From contig CALWRQ010000001.1 in the NCBI GenBank assembly GCA_944383965.1, positions 2,364 through 66,363 of the forward strand: a stretch of 64,000 nucleotides of DNA. The letters run 5' to 3'. Shown here piece by piece: positions 38,835 through 49,143 of the stretch (position 1 is the first letter of the stretch; each line of letters starts with the position of its first letter). The stretch comes from an uncultured Lachnospiraceae bacterium. GTDB lineage: Bacteria; Bacillota; Clostridia; Lachnospirales; Lachnospiraceae. The translations under genes and the position numbers were made by a program. The notes under the pieces are model-generated. The model was not told the DNA's origin. It worked only from the letters and a program-made list of their open reading frames with translations, and did no database searches.

Positions 38835-40528
38835 ATTCTCCTGAATCGATCATACCGCTCTGCTGCCAGTTCCTCTCCTGTCATGGACAGGCGCTTTGTC
38901 AGGAATTCCTCCAGACCCTGCCGGATCTCATCAGCAACCGCGTCAATATTTTTCAATGAAGCCGGCTCCGCTTCCACGATCACCCGCTCAATCAGCTTCA
39001 TATCATACAGATCCTTTGCCGTAACCTTCATCACTCTGGAAGCCTCCGGAGCCTTTTTGCTGTCCTTCCAGAGAATGGACGCAAATCCTTCCGGAGAAAG
39101 CACGGAATAGATGGCGTTTTCCATCATCCATACTTCATTCGCCACAGCCATGGCAAGGGCACCGCCGCTGCCGCCTTCCCCGATCACAATGGAAAGCACA
39201 GGCACTTTCAGATCTGACATTTCAAACAGGTTTCTGGCGATCGCCTCGCCCTGCCCCCGCTCTTCCGCCTCCATGCCGCAGAACGCTCCGGGCGTATCCA
39301 CAAAGCAGATGACCGGACGGCCGAAGGTTTCCGCCTGCTTCATAAGCCTGAGCGCCTTCCGGTATCCTTCCGGAGAAGGCATACCGAAGTTTCTCTTCAG
39401 GTTCTCTTTCGTATTTTTTCCCTTCTGCTGGCCGATTACCGTCACCGGAATCCCCTTGAAGGTGGCAATGCCGCCCACAATGGCTCCGTCATCCTTAAAG
39501 TACCGGTCTCCGTGAAACTCCATGAAATCGTCAAACAGAGCACCGATATAATCCAGAGCCGTGGGCCTGTCCGCATTTCTGGACAGCTGCACCGTATCCC
39601 AGGCATCCCGCTCCGCCGCCTTTCTGCTGGGCGCACCCCAGTCAGTCCCGACGGGGTTAAAGTCTGCCGGCTCCGCGGGCTTCTCATGCATGGCCAGAAT
39701 GGAAGCAAGGGTTTCCTTCATATGCTCCCGCTCTACGATCTTATCCACAAAGCCGTGCTCCAGCAAAAACTCCGCTCTCTGAAAACCTTCCGGAAGCTTC
39801 TGGCCGATGGTCTGCTCGATCACTCTGGGGCCGGCAAAGCCGATCAGCGCTCCCGGCTCAGCCAGGATAATATCTCCCAGCATGGCGAAGCTGGCCGTTA
39901 CGCCTCCGGTAGTAGGATCGGTCAGCACGCTGATATACAGCTGGCCCGCCTCGTGATGACGCTTTAACGCCGCTGAAGTCTTGGCCATCTGCATCAGAGA
40001 AACGATTCCTTCCTGCATTCTGGCTCCGCCGGAGCAGGCAAAGATAATCACCGGGAACTTTTCTACGGTCGCCCGTTCTACGGCCCGGGTAATCTTTTCT
40101 CCCACAATATGGCCCATGCTGCTCATAAGGAAACGGGCGTCGCACACGGCTACCACCGCGTCATGGCCCATAATTTTCCCTTTTCCTGTGACCACCGCCT
40201 CATTGAGCTTGGTCTTCTCTTTGGCTGCATTGACCTTTTTCTCATAGCCCGGAAAATTCAAGGGGTTTTCGAAGGGCATCTCCTTGTTCCACTCCTCAAA
40301 GGTTCCTTCATCCACCGTCATTTCGATCCGGCGGTAGGCATGGGCGCGGAAATAACCGTGGCATTTTGGACAGATATAAAAGTTGTTCTTTACATCATCC
40401 ACATAGATCGGCTGCCCGCACTTGTTGCACCGTCTCCAGAGTCCCTGGGGAACACTGGGTTCATCTGATTTCTTATATTTTGTATCCAGAAGCGTATACG
40501 TCTTCTTGAACATATTTTTCAATGCCAT
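38831..40528 (-). CDS. accDA: Acetyl-CoA carboxylase carboxyltransferase, fused beta+alpha subunits
   Basis: Zn ribbon and GGARMQE (AccD) followed by P.GYRKA and GEGGSGGA (AccA). Confidence 0.92.
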   Translation of the reverse strand: MALKNMFKKTYTLLDTKYKKSDEPSVPQGLWRRCNKCGQPIYVDDVKNNFYICPKCHGYFRAHAYRRIEMTVDEGTFEEWNKEMPFENPLNFPGYEKKVNAAKEKTKLNEAVVTGKGKIMGHDAVVAVCDARFLMSSMGHIVGEKITRAVERATVEKFPVIIFACSGGARMQEGIVSLMQMAKTSAALKRHHEAGQLYISVLTDPTTGGVTASFAMLGDIILAEPGALIGFAGPRVIEQTIGQKLPEGFQRAEFLLEHGFVDKIVEREHMKETLASILAMHEKPAEPADFNPVGTDWGAPSRKAAERDAWDTVQLSRNADRPTALDYIGALFDDFMEFHGDRYFKDDGAIVGGIATFKGIPVTVIGQQKGKNTKENLKRNFGMPSPEGYRKALRLMKQAETFGRPVICFVDTPGAFCGMEAEERGQGEAIARNLFEMSDLKVPVLSIVIGEGGSGGALAMAVANEVWMMENAIYSVLSPEGFASILWKDSKKAPEASRVMKVTAKDLYDMKLIERVIVEAEPASLKNIDAVADEIRQGLEEFLTKRLSMTGEELAAERYDRFRRM

Positions 40529-40551
40529 AATGACCCTCCTTTCCCGTCAGC

Positions 40552-41907
40552 TTACTCGGAACAGTACTCCGGGAAGTAGCGGGGGATAAATCCCGTATCC
40601 GTATCGCCCTCCTGGAACGCTTCGTTGTTCAGTATCTCATACTGGAAATCCAGATTGGTATCAATTCCCTCAATCACCAGCTCTCCCAGGGCGCTGCGCA
40701 TCTTGGCAATAGCCGTAGCCCGGTCCTTGGAGTGGACAATGAGCTTTAAAAGCATGGAATCGTAATTGGCCGGAACCTTATAGTTATTGTAGATGTGAGT
40801 ATCCACACGGACGCCCTTTCCTCCCGGCACATGAACATTGGTGATCAGTCCGGGGCAGGGCATGAAATTCCTCTCCGGATTTTCCGCATTGATCCGGCAC
40901 TCAATGGCGTGGCCGCGGATCACCACGTCCTTCTGGGTAAAGCTCAAGGGCTCTCCCGCCGCAATATTGATCTGCTCCTTGATCAGATCAAAATCAGTCA
41001 CCGCCTCCGTCACCGGATGTTCCACCTGGATTCTGGTATTCATTTCCATGAAATAGAAGTTCTTATTCTTATCCAGCAGGAACTCGATGGTGCCCGCATT
41101 CTCATAGCCCACTGCCTTGGCGGCCCGTACGGCAGTCTCACCCATTTTCTCTCTCAGTTCCTGAGAAATGGCCTGACAGGGAGACTCCTCCAGTACCTTC
41201 TGGTGTCTTCTCTGGATGGAACAGTCTCTCTCTCCCAGATGAACCACATTTCCATGCTTGTCCGCCATGATCTGGAATTCGATGTGACGCGGCTTTTCAA
41301 TATATTTCTCAATGTACATGGTATCGTCGGAAAAGCCTTTTACGGACTCCATCTGAGCGTTGAGGAAATTGGACTCAAAATCTTCTTCGCCCCAGGAGAT
41401 CCTCATCCCCTTTCCGCCGCCGCCGGAGGAAGCCTTGATCATCACCGGGAATCCGATCTGCTTTGCCAGCTCCAGTCCCTTGGCCGCTTCATATACCGGC
41501 TCCTTCGTTCCGGGAACGACCGGTACTCCCGCCTCCATCATGGTCTTTCTTGCCTCGGATTTATTTCCCATCTTATGGATGATATCCGCAGACGGTCCGA
41601 TAAAGGTAATATTGCATTTCTCACACAGCTCTGCAAATCTTGCATTCTCTGAAAGGAAGCCGAAGCCCGGATGAATGGCGTCCGCCTTCATGGCCACTGT
41701 AGCTGCAATGATCCGTTCCATATCCAGATAGCTTTTTCCTGACGGAGCCGGTCCGATGCAGATCGCCTCATCTGCCAGCAGAGTATGGAGACAGTCCCTG
41801 TCCGCCTCAGAATAAACAGCCACGGATTTGATTCCCATTTCCCGGCAGGCGCGGATGATCCGCACTGCGATCTCTCCTCTGTTTGCCACTAAAATCTTAT
41901 TAAACAT
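40552..41907 (-). CDS. accC: Biotin carboxylase
   Basis: ANRGEIA, GGGGKG and EMNTRIQVEHP motifs. Confidence 0.96.
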   Translation of the reverse strand: MFNKILVANRGEIAVRIIRACREMGIKSVAVYSEADRDCLHTLLADEAICIGPAPSGKSYLDMERIIAATVAMKADAIHPGFGFLSENARFAELCEKCNITFIGPSADIIHKMGNKSEARKTMMEAGVPVVPGTKEPVYEAAKGLELAKQIGFPVMIKASSGGGGKGMRISWGEEDFESNFLNAQMESVKGFSDDTMYIEKYIEKPRHIEFQIMADKHGNVVHLGERDCSIQRRHQKVLEESPCQAISQELREKMGETAVRAAKAVGYENAGTIEFLLDKNKNFYFMEMNTRIQVEHPVTEAVTDFDLIKEQINIAAGEPLSFTQKDVVIRGHAIECRINAENPERNFMPCPGLITNVHVPGGKGVRVDTHIYNNYKVPANYDSMLLKLIVHSKDRATAIAKMRSALGELVIEGIDTNLDFQYEILNNEAFQEGDTDTGFIPRYFPEYCSE

Positions 41908-41916
41908 AGGCCTCAC

Positions 41917-42339
41917 CTAACCAATCATAAATGTAAGCTCCGCCGCCACAGCTACCTTGCCGTCCACTGTGGCAGTGGCTTTTCCCACTCCTACAGGTCC
42001 CTTCTGCTTGATGATCTCGCACTCCAGCTTCAGCTTGTCTCCGGGAACCACCTTCTTTTTAAACTTTGCATTGTTAATGGCTCCGAAATAGGCAACTTTG
42101 CCCTTATTTTCCGGCACACTCAGGATTGCCACCGCACCGGCCTGAGCCAGAGCTTCCACGATCAGAACTCCCGGCATTACCGGCTCCTGGGGGAAATGTC
42201 CCCGGAAAAAATCCTCGTGAAAAGTTACCGCCTTGTAGCCTACGGCCCGCACGCCCGGCTCCAGCTCTTCAATACAGTCCAGCAATAAAAACGGATGTCT
42301 GTGAGGAATGATTTCCTCAATTTCTTTTACTCCCAGCAT
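41917..42339 (-). CDS. fabZ: 3-hydroxyacyl-ACP dehydratase
   Basis: PHRHPFLL and GHFP..PVMPGVL..EA.AQ motifs. Confidence 0.95.
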   Translation of the reverse strand: MLGVKEIEEIIPHRHPFLLLDCIEELEPGVRAVGYKAVTFHEDFFRGHFPQEPVMPGVLIVEALAQAGAVAILSVPENKGKVAYFGAINNAKFKKKVVPGDKLKLECEIIKQKGPVGVGKATATVDGKVAVAAELTFMIG

Positions 42340-42468
42340 ATCTTCTTCTCCTCCCGCCGGCGGTCCGATCCCGGGCCAGCCGGATGCAAATAAAAGAAAA
42401 CCCTGAAAACGGGACCCTGTAAAAGAATCCCGCTCCAGCATCTCCACTATTTCTTCCAGTATCAGTTG

Positions 42469-42921
42469 TTACCGGATGCGGAATAAGGGCTGACCGTACT
42501 CCACAACCTCTTCGTTGCCGACCAGAACGGCCTCAACTACACCGTCATATTCACTCTCAATCTCATTCATCAGCTTCATAGCTTCTATAATGCCAAGGAC
42601 CTGCCCCTTCTTCACCGTATCGCCTTCCTTTACGAAAGGATCCGCTCCCGGAGCGGAAGCGTTGTAGAAGGTTCCCACCAGCGGAGAGGTAACTACCTTG
42701 TCGGAGTGGATATCCTCCACCTTCTGTGCCGCCGGCTCACCGGCTGCCGGAATAACCGCAGCTGCGGCCACCGGCTCCATTACGGCGCCTCCGGCCACCT
42801 GAACAACCTTCGGTCCCTTCTTCTCGATGGAGATTTTCGTGTCTCCCTGCTCTAACTCAAAGCTGGTGAGAGAATTCTCAGATACCGCACGGATCAGCTC
42901 AATAATTTCCTTGATTTCCAT
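42469..42921 (-). CDS. accB: Biotin carboxyl carrier protein
   Basis: EAMKLMN biotinylation motif. Confidence 0.95.
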   Translation of the reverse strand: MEIKEIIELIRAVSENSLTSFELEQGDTKISIEKKGPKVVQVAGGAVMEPVAAAAVIPAAGEPAAQKVEDIHSDKVVTSPLVGTFYNASAPGADPFVKEGDTVKKGQVLGIIEAMKLMNEIESEYDGVVEAVLVGNEEVVEYGQPLFRIR

Positions 42922-42936
42922 AATATTATCTGCCTC

Positions 42937-44175
42937 CTACTCCACGTATTTTTTTACCAGCAGAGTGGCATTGTGTCCGCCGAAGCCCAGGGAATTGGAA
43001 ATGGCACAGTTCACATCCATGGCCACTCCATGGCCCTTGGTATAATCCAGATCGCACTCCTCATCGTCCACTTCCAGGCCGGCCGTTACATGAACATATC
43101 CGTCCTCAATGGATTTTACGCAGGCGATGAATTCCACACCGCCGGCTGCACCCAGCAGATGACCGATCATGGATTTGGTAGAGTTTACCTTTACCTCATA
43201 GGCATGCTCGCCCAGCGCCAGCTTGATGGCCTTGGTCTCGAACAGGTCATTGTGGTGGGTGCTGGTTCCGTGAGCGTTGACATAGTCCACATCCGCAGGA
43301 GTCAGCCCTGCATCCGCAATGGCAACCTCCATGGCCTTTGCCGCACCGCTTCCGTCCTCTGCCGGGGATGTGATGTGGTAAGCATCGCAGGTAGCTCCGT
43401 AGCCGCCTACCTCAGCGTAGATCTTTGCACCCCTTGCCAGCGCATGCTCTAAGGATTCCAGAACTACGATTCCGGCTCCCTCTCCCATAACGAAGCCGTT
43501 TCTCTCTTTATCGAAAGGAATGGAAGCACGCATGGGATCCTCTGTGGTGTTCAGTGCCGTCAGGGCTGCAAATCCTGCCAGGCCCACGGGTGTGATGCTG
43601 GCCTCCGCTCCTCCGGCTACCATCACGTCTGCCTCACCGTACTGAATGGAACGGAACGCTTCGCCGATGGAATGGGTTCCTGTGGCGCACGCGGTCACCA
43701 CATTAATATTCTTTCCCTTCAGACCGTACTGGATACCGATGTTTCCGGCAGCCATATTGCTGATCATCAGAGGAACCAGAAGGGGATTGACCCGGCCCGG
43801 TCCTTTTTCCAGCAGCTTTTTATACTCTCTTTCAATGGCGTCCAGTCCGCCGATTCCGGAGCCCACGCTCACGCCCACGCGGAAAGGATCCTCCTTCTCC
43901 ATATCGATGCCTGCATCCTGAAGGGCTTCCCCCGCAGCCGCCACGGCAAACTGGGAAAAACGCTCCATTCTTCTGGCTGTCTTGATATCCATGTATTTCT
44001 TTGGATCGAAATCCTTTACCTCTGCAGCCAGCTTCGCCTTGTAATCCGTCACGTCAAAAGCGGTAACCGGGCCGATTCCCACAGTTCCGTTTTTCAGACC
44101 GTTCCAAAAACTCTCCACGTCGTTTCCGATGGGAGTGATGGCTCCCAGTCCGGTCACTACTACTCTTCTTTTCAT
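42937..44175 (-). CDS. fabF: 3-oxoacyl-ACP synthase II
   Basis: TACAT, NAHGTST, GHLLGAAG and GFGGHN motifs. Confidence 0.95.
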   Translation of the reverse strand: MKRRVVVTGLGAITPIGNDVESFWNGLKNGTVGIGPVTAFDVTDYKAKLAAEVKDFDPKKYMDIKTARRMERFSQFAVAAAGEALQDAGIDMEKEDPFRVGVSVGSGIGGLDAIEREYKKLLEKGPGRVNPLLVPLMISNMAAGNIGIQYGLKGKNINVVTACATGTHSIGEAFRSIQYGEADVMVAGGAEASITPVGLAGFAALTALNTTEDPMRASIPFDKERNGFVMGEGAGIVVLESLEHALARGAKIYAEVGGYGATCDAYHITSPAEDGSGAAKAMEVAIADAGLTPADVDYVNAHGTSTHHNDLFETKAIKLALGEHAYEVKVNSTKSMIGHLLGAAGGVEFIACVKSIEDGYVHVTAGLEVDDEECDLDYTKGHGVAMDVNCAISNSLGFGGHNATLLVKKYVE

Positions 44176-44211
44176 AAAACGTCTCCTTCAAACATTCCTG
44201 CTGCGGACAGC

Positions 44212-44952
44212 TTACATCGCCATGCCGCCGTTTACGTTGATCACCTGTCCCGTTATGTACTTTGCACCGTCAGAAGCCAGGAACGCTGCCGTTTCCGCAA
44301 TGTCCGCCGGCTCTCCCATGGTCTTCATGGGGATCTGGGCCAGGATTCCTTCCTTCACAGAATCAGAAAGCACCTCTGTCATATCCGTGGTGATAAAGCC
44401 CGGAGCAATGGCGTTCACCGTGATTCCCCGGCTGGCCAGCTCTCTGGCTGCTGTTTTCGTCATGCCGATCACTCCTGCTTTGGATGCGGCATAGTTCATC
44501 TGTCCTGCATTTCCCATCACTCCGGAAATGGAGGAGATATTGATGATCCGTCCGCCCTTCTGCTTGATCATCTGGCGGGCCACATGACGCATGCAGTTAA
44601 AGGCACCTTTTAAATTGGTGGCGATCACCGCATCAAAATCCTCTTCCGACATTTTCATCAGAAGCCCGTCTCTGGTGATTCCCGCATTGTTTACCAGGAT
44701 ATCGATCCGGCCGTACTTCTCAATGACATACTTCATCATCTCTTCCGTCTTGGCAAAATCTGCCACGCTGCACTGATAGGCCTCCGCCTTTCCTCCGAAG
44801 CTCTCGATCTCCTTTACCACAGCGTCTGCCTTTTCCTTGGAGCCGTTGTAGTTCACGATCACCGTCGCTCCGTTCTTCGCCAGCTTCTCGGCAATGGCAC
44901 GGCCGATCCCCCGGCTGGCTCCGGTCACCAGCGCTACCTTGTTTTCCAGCAT
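44212..44952 (-). CDS. fabG: 3-oxoacyl-ACP reductase
   Basis: [16 protein letters not shown] and YAASK motifs. Confidence 0.95.
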   Translation of the reverse strand: MLENKVALVTGASRGIGRAIAEKLAKNGATVIVNYNGSKEKADAVVKEIESFGGKAEAYQCSVADFAKTEEMMKYVIEKYGRIDILVNNAGITRDGLLMKMSEEDFDAVIATNLKGAFNCMRHVARQMIKQKGGRIINISSISGVMGNAGQMNYAASKAGVIGMTKTAARELASRGITVNAIAPGFITTDMTEVLSDSVKEGILAQIPMKTMGEPADIAETAAFLASDGAKYITGQVINVNGGMAM

Positions 44953-44988
44953 ATGCTACCTCCTAAAACCGTCCCGGCAACCGGAACC

Positions 44989-45912
44989 TTATATCCCGCT
45001 CTCCTTTAAGGCTTTCACCCCGTCAAGCGTCTCTATATTAATGACCTTTGCGTCTCTTGTTATCTTCTTTATAAATCCGGCCAGGGTCTTTCCCGGTCCG
45101 ATCTCAATAAAGGTATCCACTCCGTCTGCCAGCATCGCTCTCACGCTCTGCTCCCAGCGCACGGAAGAAGAAACCTGTCTGGCAAGAAGGTCCTTGACCT
45201 CCTCTTTCTCCGTTACATAGGAAGCGGTCACATTGGCCACATAGGGAATTTCCGGAGCATGAATTTCCACACCCTTCAGGAATTCACCCAGCTTTTCTCC
45301 TGCTTCCTTTAACATACCGGAATGGAACGGGCCGCTCACATTGAGCATGATCGTTCTCTTGGCTCCGGCCTCCTTGAGCTTTTCACAGGCCAGCTCAACA
45401 GCCTCTTTCTTCCCGGAAATCACGATCTGTCCCGGGCAGTTGTAGTTTGCAATCCATGCATCAGGAATATCCTTCAGCACTTCCTCGATTTTCTCCGCAT
45501 CCATGGCAAGCACTGCCGCCATGGCTCCGATTCCCACCGGAACGGCTTCCTGCATCAGGATGCCTCTCCGTCTCACAGTGGTGATTGCATCGTCTGCGCT
45601 CATTACGCCTGCGGCATAAAGAGCGCAGTATTCTCCCAGGCTCAGGCCTGCAGCCACATCCGGCCGGATTCCGGTCTCTTCCATCAGCACCTTCATCATG
45701 GCGATGCTGGTGGTCACCATGGCCGCCTGCGTGTACTCTGTAATATCCAGACGGTCATTCTCCGTAAAGCACAGCTCCGGCATGGAAAATCCCAGCAGCT
45801 CACTGGCCCGGTCAAAGACCGCTTTTCCGGTCTCGGTTCCTTCATAAAAATCCTTACCCATCCCGGCCTTCTGAGCACCCTGGCCCGGGAAAATAAATGC
45901 AATCTTACTCAT
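44989..45912 (-). CDS. fabD: Malonyl-CoA:ACP transacylase
   Basis: FPGQGAQ, GLSLGEY and FHS motifs. Confidence 0.95.
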   Translation of the reverse strand: MSKIAFIFPGQGAQKAGMGKDFYEGTETGKAVFDRASELLGFSMPELCFTENDRLDITEYTQAAMVTTSIAMMKVLMEETGIRPDVAAGLSLGEYCALYAAGVMSADDAITTVRRRGILMQEAVPVGIGAMAAVLAMDAEKIEEVLKDIPDAWIANYNCPGQIVISGKKEAVELACEKLKEAGAKRTIMLNVSGPFHSGMLKEAGEKLGEFLKGVEIHAPEIPYVANVTASYVTEKEEVKDLLARQVSSSVRWEQSVRAMLADGVDTFIEIGPGKTLAGFIKKITRDAKVINIETLDGVKALKESGI

Positions 45913-45915
45913 TTC

Positions 45916-46845
45916 TTATCTGGCTCCTTTTAAAAGCGCTTCTGCCTGCGCCATCATCTCGTCAATAATCTCCTTGCAGGTCTGTTCCTTGCTGATCATT
46001 CCTGCAATCTGGCCTGCCATTACCGTTCCGTGAGCCACGTCGCCGTCCACTACTGCGTTTCTTAAAGCGCCCAGGGTCAGGTATTCCAGCTCCTCAAAGG
46101 ACTTTCCTTCCTGCTCCAGCTGCGTGTACTCTCTGGTCATCTGGTTTCTCAGGCAGCGCACCGGATGTCCATGACTTCTTCCGGTTACAACGGAATCAAT
46201 ATCCTTTGCCTTGATGATCCGCTGCTTGTAGTTCTCATGAACGATGGACTCCTTCGCTACTACAAAGCGGGTTCCCACCTGTACGGCCTCGGCTCCCAGC
46301 ATAAATGCTGCTGCCAGGCCTCTTCCGTCAGCAATACCGCCGGCTGCGATCACAGGGATATTTACCGCATCCACCACCTGGGGAACCAGGGTCATGGTGG
46401 TTGCTTCACCGATGTGTCCGCCGGACTCCGTCCCTTCCGCCCCTCCGGCGTCGGCTCCGGCCTTCCCCACCATCCTGGCAAGGGCTACGCTGGCCACTAC
46501 CGGAATCACCTTGATTCCCGCAGCCTTCCACATATCCATGTACTTGCCCGGGTTTCCGGCTCCGGTAGTCACTACCTTCACGCCTTCCTCCACTACTACC
46601 TTCGCCACATCGTCTGCGTGAGGGCTCATGAGCATAACGTTCACACCGAACGGTTTGTCCGTTCTCTCCTTGGTTTTACGGATATAATCCCGCACGACCT
46701 CTCCCGGCGCGTTGGCACCGCCGATCAGGCCGAGTCCGCCTGCCTCAGATACGGCAGACGCCAGATGATATTCCGCTACCCAGGCCATACCTCCCTGGAT
46801 GATCGGATATTCGATCCCAAGGAGTTCTGTAATTCTGGTATTCAT
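45916..46845 (-). CDS. fabK: Enoyl-ACP reductase FabK
   Basis: QGGMAW, TTGAGNP, ESGGHIG and AAGGIADG motifs. Confidence 0.92.
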   Translation of the reverse strand: MNTRITELLGIEYPIIQGGMAWVAEYHLASAVSEAGGLGLIGGANAPGEVVRDYIRKTKERTDKPFGVNVMLMSPHADDVAKVVVEEGVKVVTTGAGNPGKYMDMWKAAGIKVIPVVASVALARMVGKAGADAGGAEGTESGGHIGEATTMTLVPQVVDAVNIPVIAAGGIADGRGLAAAFMLGAEAVQVGTRFVVAKESIVHENYKQRIIKAKDIDSVVTGRSHGHPVRCLRNQMTREYTQLEQEGKSFEELEYLTLGALRNAVVDGDVAHGTVMAGQIAGMISKEQTCKEIIDEMMAQAEALLKGAR

Positions 46846-47078
46846 TAGTCCTCAACACCCTTTGCCTTTAAATAATCCATTACGGCGCCAACGGTGGTCA
46901 GCTTCTCAAGCTCCTCAGCAGGAATCTCTACGGAGTACTCATCCTCCAGAGCCATTACCAGCTCGAACAGGTCCAGGGAGTCTGCGCCAAGGTCCTCTTT
47001 GAAGGAAGAAGCCTCAGTAACGGTCTCTGCATCTACTCCTAACTGGTCTGCAATGATCTCTTTCATTCTCTCTAACAT
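46845..47078 (-). CDS. acpP: Acyl carrier protein
   Basis: DLGADSLD phosphopantetheine site. Confidence 0.96.
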   Translation of the reverse strand: MLERMKEIIADQLGVDAETVTEASSFKEDLGADSLDLFELVMALEDEYSVEIPAEELEKLTTVGAVMDYLKAKGVED

Positions 47079-47207
47079 GGTTTTAATCTCCTTTTGATTT
47101 ATTTATTTTTGTTTTCAGTAATCTATTATAGCAAACGGCCCCGCCGTTTTCTATCTGTTTTTCCAGCTTTTTTATTCCCCGGACATTTATGTACCTGTGC
47201 AGGATCC

Positions 47208-48170
47208 CTACCACTGAATCAGGGATGCGCCCCAGGTCAGACCGGCTCCGAAGCCGGAAAGAACGATCCGGTCTCCCTTTTCCAGCTTTCCTTCCCGATT
47301 CAGTTCATCCAGAAGAATGGGAATGGTCGCTCCGGAAGTATTGCCGTATTTTTCAATATTCATGGGGAAACGGTCAATGGGAAGCTTCATCCGCTTTGCA
47401 ATGGCTTCCACGATCCGGTAGTTTGCCTGATGGAGAACGAAATACCGGATGTCCTCTTTGGACAGTCCGTTTTCCTCCAGCAGTTTTCCGGTACACTCCG
47501 GCACCTTCTTCACTGCAAATTTGAAGATCTCCTGGCCCTCCATGGAGGTAAATCCTGCTTCCGGCTTCTTTCCTGTGAGGAAGTTGTCATTGGTTCTGGA
47601 CGGACAGGTCATAGATGCACCCCTGCTTCCGTCAGATCCCATCACCATCCGGAATCCGTCGCCTTCCTCTGCCGCTGCCACCACCGCTCCGGCTCCGTCT
47701 CCGAAGAGTACGCAGGTGCTTCTGTCCTCCCAGTCCACGATCTTGCTGAGAACGTCGCAGCCGATGATCAGAGCCTTTTTATAAATTCCCGCTTCGAAAA
47801 AAGCCTGCGCCGTGTTCAGCGCAAAAATAAATCCGGAGCAGGCAGCGCTGATGTCATACGCCACTGCATTGACCGCTCCCACCGCTCCCTGCACCTCACA
47901 GGCTCCGCTGGGAAAGCAGTTGTCTGGAGTGGAAGTTCCAAGAAGGATCAGATCGATCTCCTCCGGAGCAACTCCGGCCATGTCCAGCGCCCGTCTGGCC
48001 GCTTCTGCCGCCAGATGGCTGGTTCCTTCTCCCTCCGTGATCCGGCGTTCCCGGATCCCCGTTCTGGTGCTGATCCACTCGTCGCTGGTCTCCACGATCT
48101 GAGCCAGATCATCATTTGTCACAATACGTTCCGGCACATAGGAGCCGGTTCCTAGTATTCTCATTTTCAT
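47208..48170 (-). CDS. fabH: 3-oxoacyl-ACP synthase III
   Basis: AACSGF, HQAN and GNTS motifs. Confidence 0.95.
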   Translation of the reverse strand: MKMRILGTGSYVPERIVTNDDLAQIVETSDEWISTRTGIRERRITEGEGTSHLAAEAARRALDMAGVAPEEIDLILLGTSTPDNCFPSGACEVQGAVGAVNAVAYDISAACSGFIFALNTAQAFFEAGIYKKALIIGCDVLSKIVDWEDRSTCVLFGDGAGAVVAAAEEGDGFRMVMGSDGSRGASMTCPSRTNDNFLTGKKPEAGFTSMEGQEIFKFAVKKVPECTGKLLEENGLSKEDIRYFVLHQANYRIVEAIAKRMKLPIDRFPMNIEKYGNTSGATIPILLDELNREGKLEKGDRIVLSGFGAGLTWGASLIQW

Positions 48171-48208
48171 AGTAGTTTTCCTGTTAAAATGAACATTTTC
48201 GGTTAAAA

Positions 48209-48225
48209 AGTTTGATATTCAAAAT
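48209..48225. promoter_or_regulatory. Putative FabT operator overlapping the fabH promoter
   Basis: Palindrome AG-TTTGA-TAT-TCAAA-AT; -35 TTGACT at 48237-48232. Confidence 0.6.
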
Positions 48226-48366
48226 AATAATAGTCAATGACCCTCTGTTTGTCAAGCAAAATCAGGGGGAATCGCTCCTCAATATGCGACAAATACGCCC
48301 CCCGGAATCGCATCAGCCTGCGTTTCCGGGGGGCGCCTTTCAAGCTGCTGTCATTTCAGCGGCTTT

Positions 48367-49119
48367 TTATTCATATTCCACTACATCCAGCCATTTTTCC
48401 AGAAGCTCTCTCTCCTGCGGAATGGCTTTCGTAAGCCGGGATGCAGCCACGATGGGCAGCCATCTCTGTACATACTGCTTTGCAGTATCGCTCATGTCGC
48501 AGAACAGGTTCATGTACATTTCAGCCAGCTTGGGATCCTGAAGGGTCAGAAGCAGATAGGTGGTAGCTGCGTCAGCGGATGCATTTCCCTGAGTAGCATG
48601 AGACCAGTCAAGGATATAGTACTTGCCGTCCTTGCCGATGATCACGTTCGTCGGGTTGAAGTCTCCGTGAAGCACCTTCTTGTGCTTGGGCATTCCTTCC
48701 AGACGGGTGCTCAGCTCATAACGGGTCGTCGCATTGACTGCCTTCAGACTGTTGATCCGGCCGCTCATCTTATCCTTCATCTTATTCAGAAGGGGAGCCG
48801 TCTTGCTGTGGATCTCCAGCTGGATCTTCACAAACTCCTTCATATATTTCTCAACGTTCTCCGGCTCTTTGGCCATCTTATCTGCCAGCGTTTCTCCCTC
48901 AATGTAATCGGAGATGATGGCCCAGTTTCCATCCTCGGTTACGGTTACGCCGTGCACTCTGGGAATGGGAAGTCCGGTTTCTTCTACTCTGGCCTGGTTC
49001 AGCGCCTCGTTGAGTACATCTGTTTTCGGATAGTTGGTGTCAAAAACCTTCCAGACCTTATCTCCCACCTGATAGATCACCTTATGGGTACGTGTAGCCA
49101 AAATTTTATCCGTTTTCAT
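48367..49119 (-). CDS. Aminoglycoside phosphotransferase/kinase-fold protein
   Basis: HGDFNPTN and ILDW kinase motifs; directly downstream of adhE. Confidence 0.8.
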   Translation of the reverse strand: MKTDKILATRTHKVIYQVGDKVWKVFDTNYPKTDVLNEALNQARVEETGLPIPRVHGVTVTEDGNWAIISDYIEGETLADKMAKEPENVEKYMKEFVKIQLEIHSKTAPLLNKMKDKMSGRINSLKAVNATTRYELSTRLEGMPKHKKVLHGDFNPTNVIIGKDGKYYILDWSHATQGNASADAATTYLLLTLQDPKLAEMYMNLFCDMSDTAKQYVQRWLPIVAASRLTKAIPQERELLEKWLDVVEYE

Positions 49120-49143
49120 TCTGCTATCTCCTTTCCTTCTCCC

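Noticed and set aside
48367-49119. Aminoglycoside resistance gene
   Set aside because: Only generic kinase motifs, a housekeeping context and no mobile features
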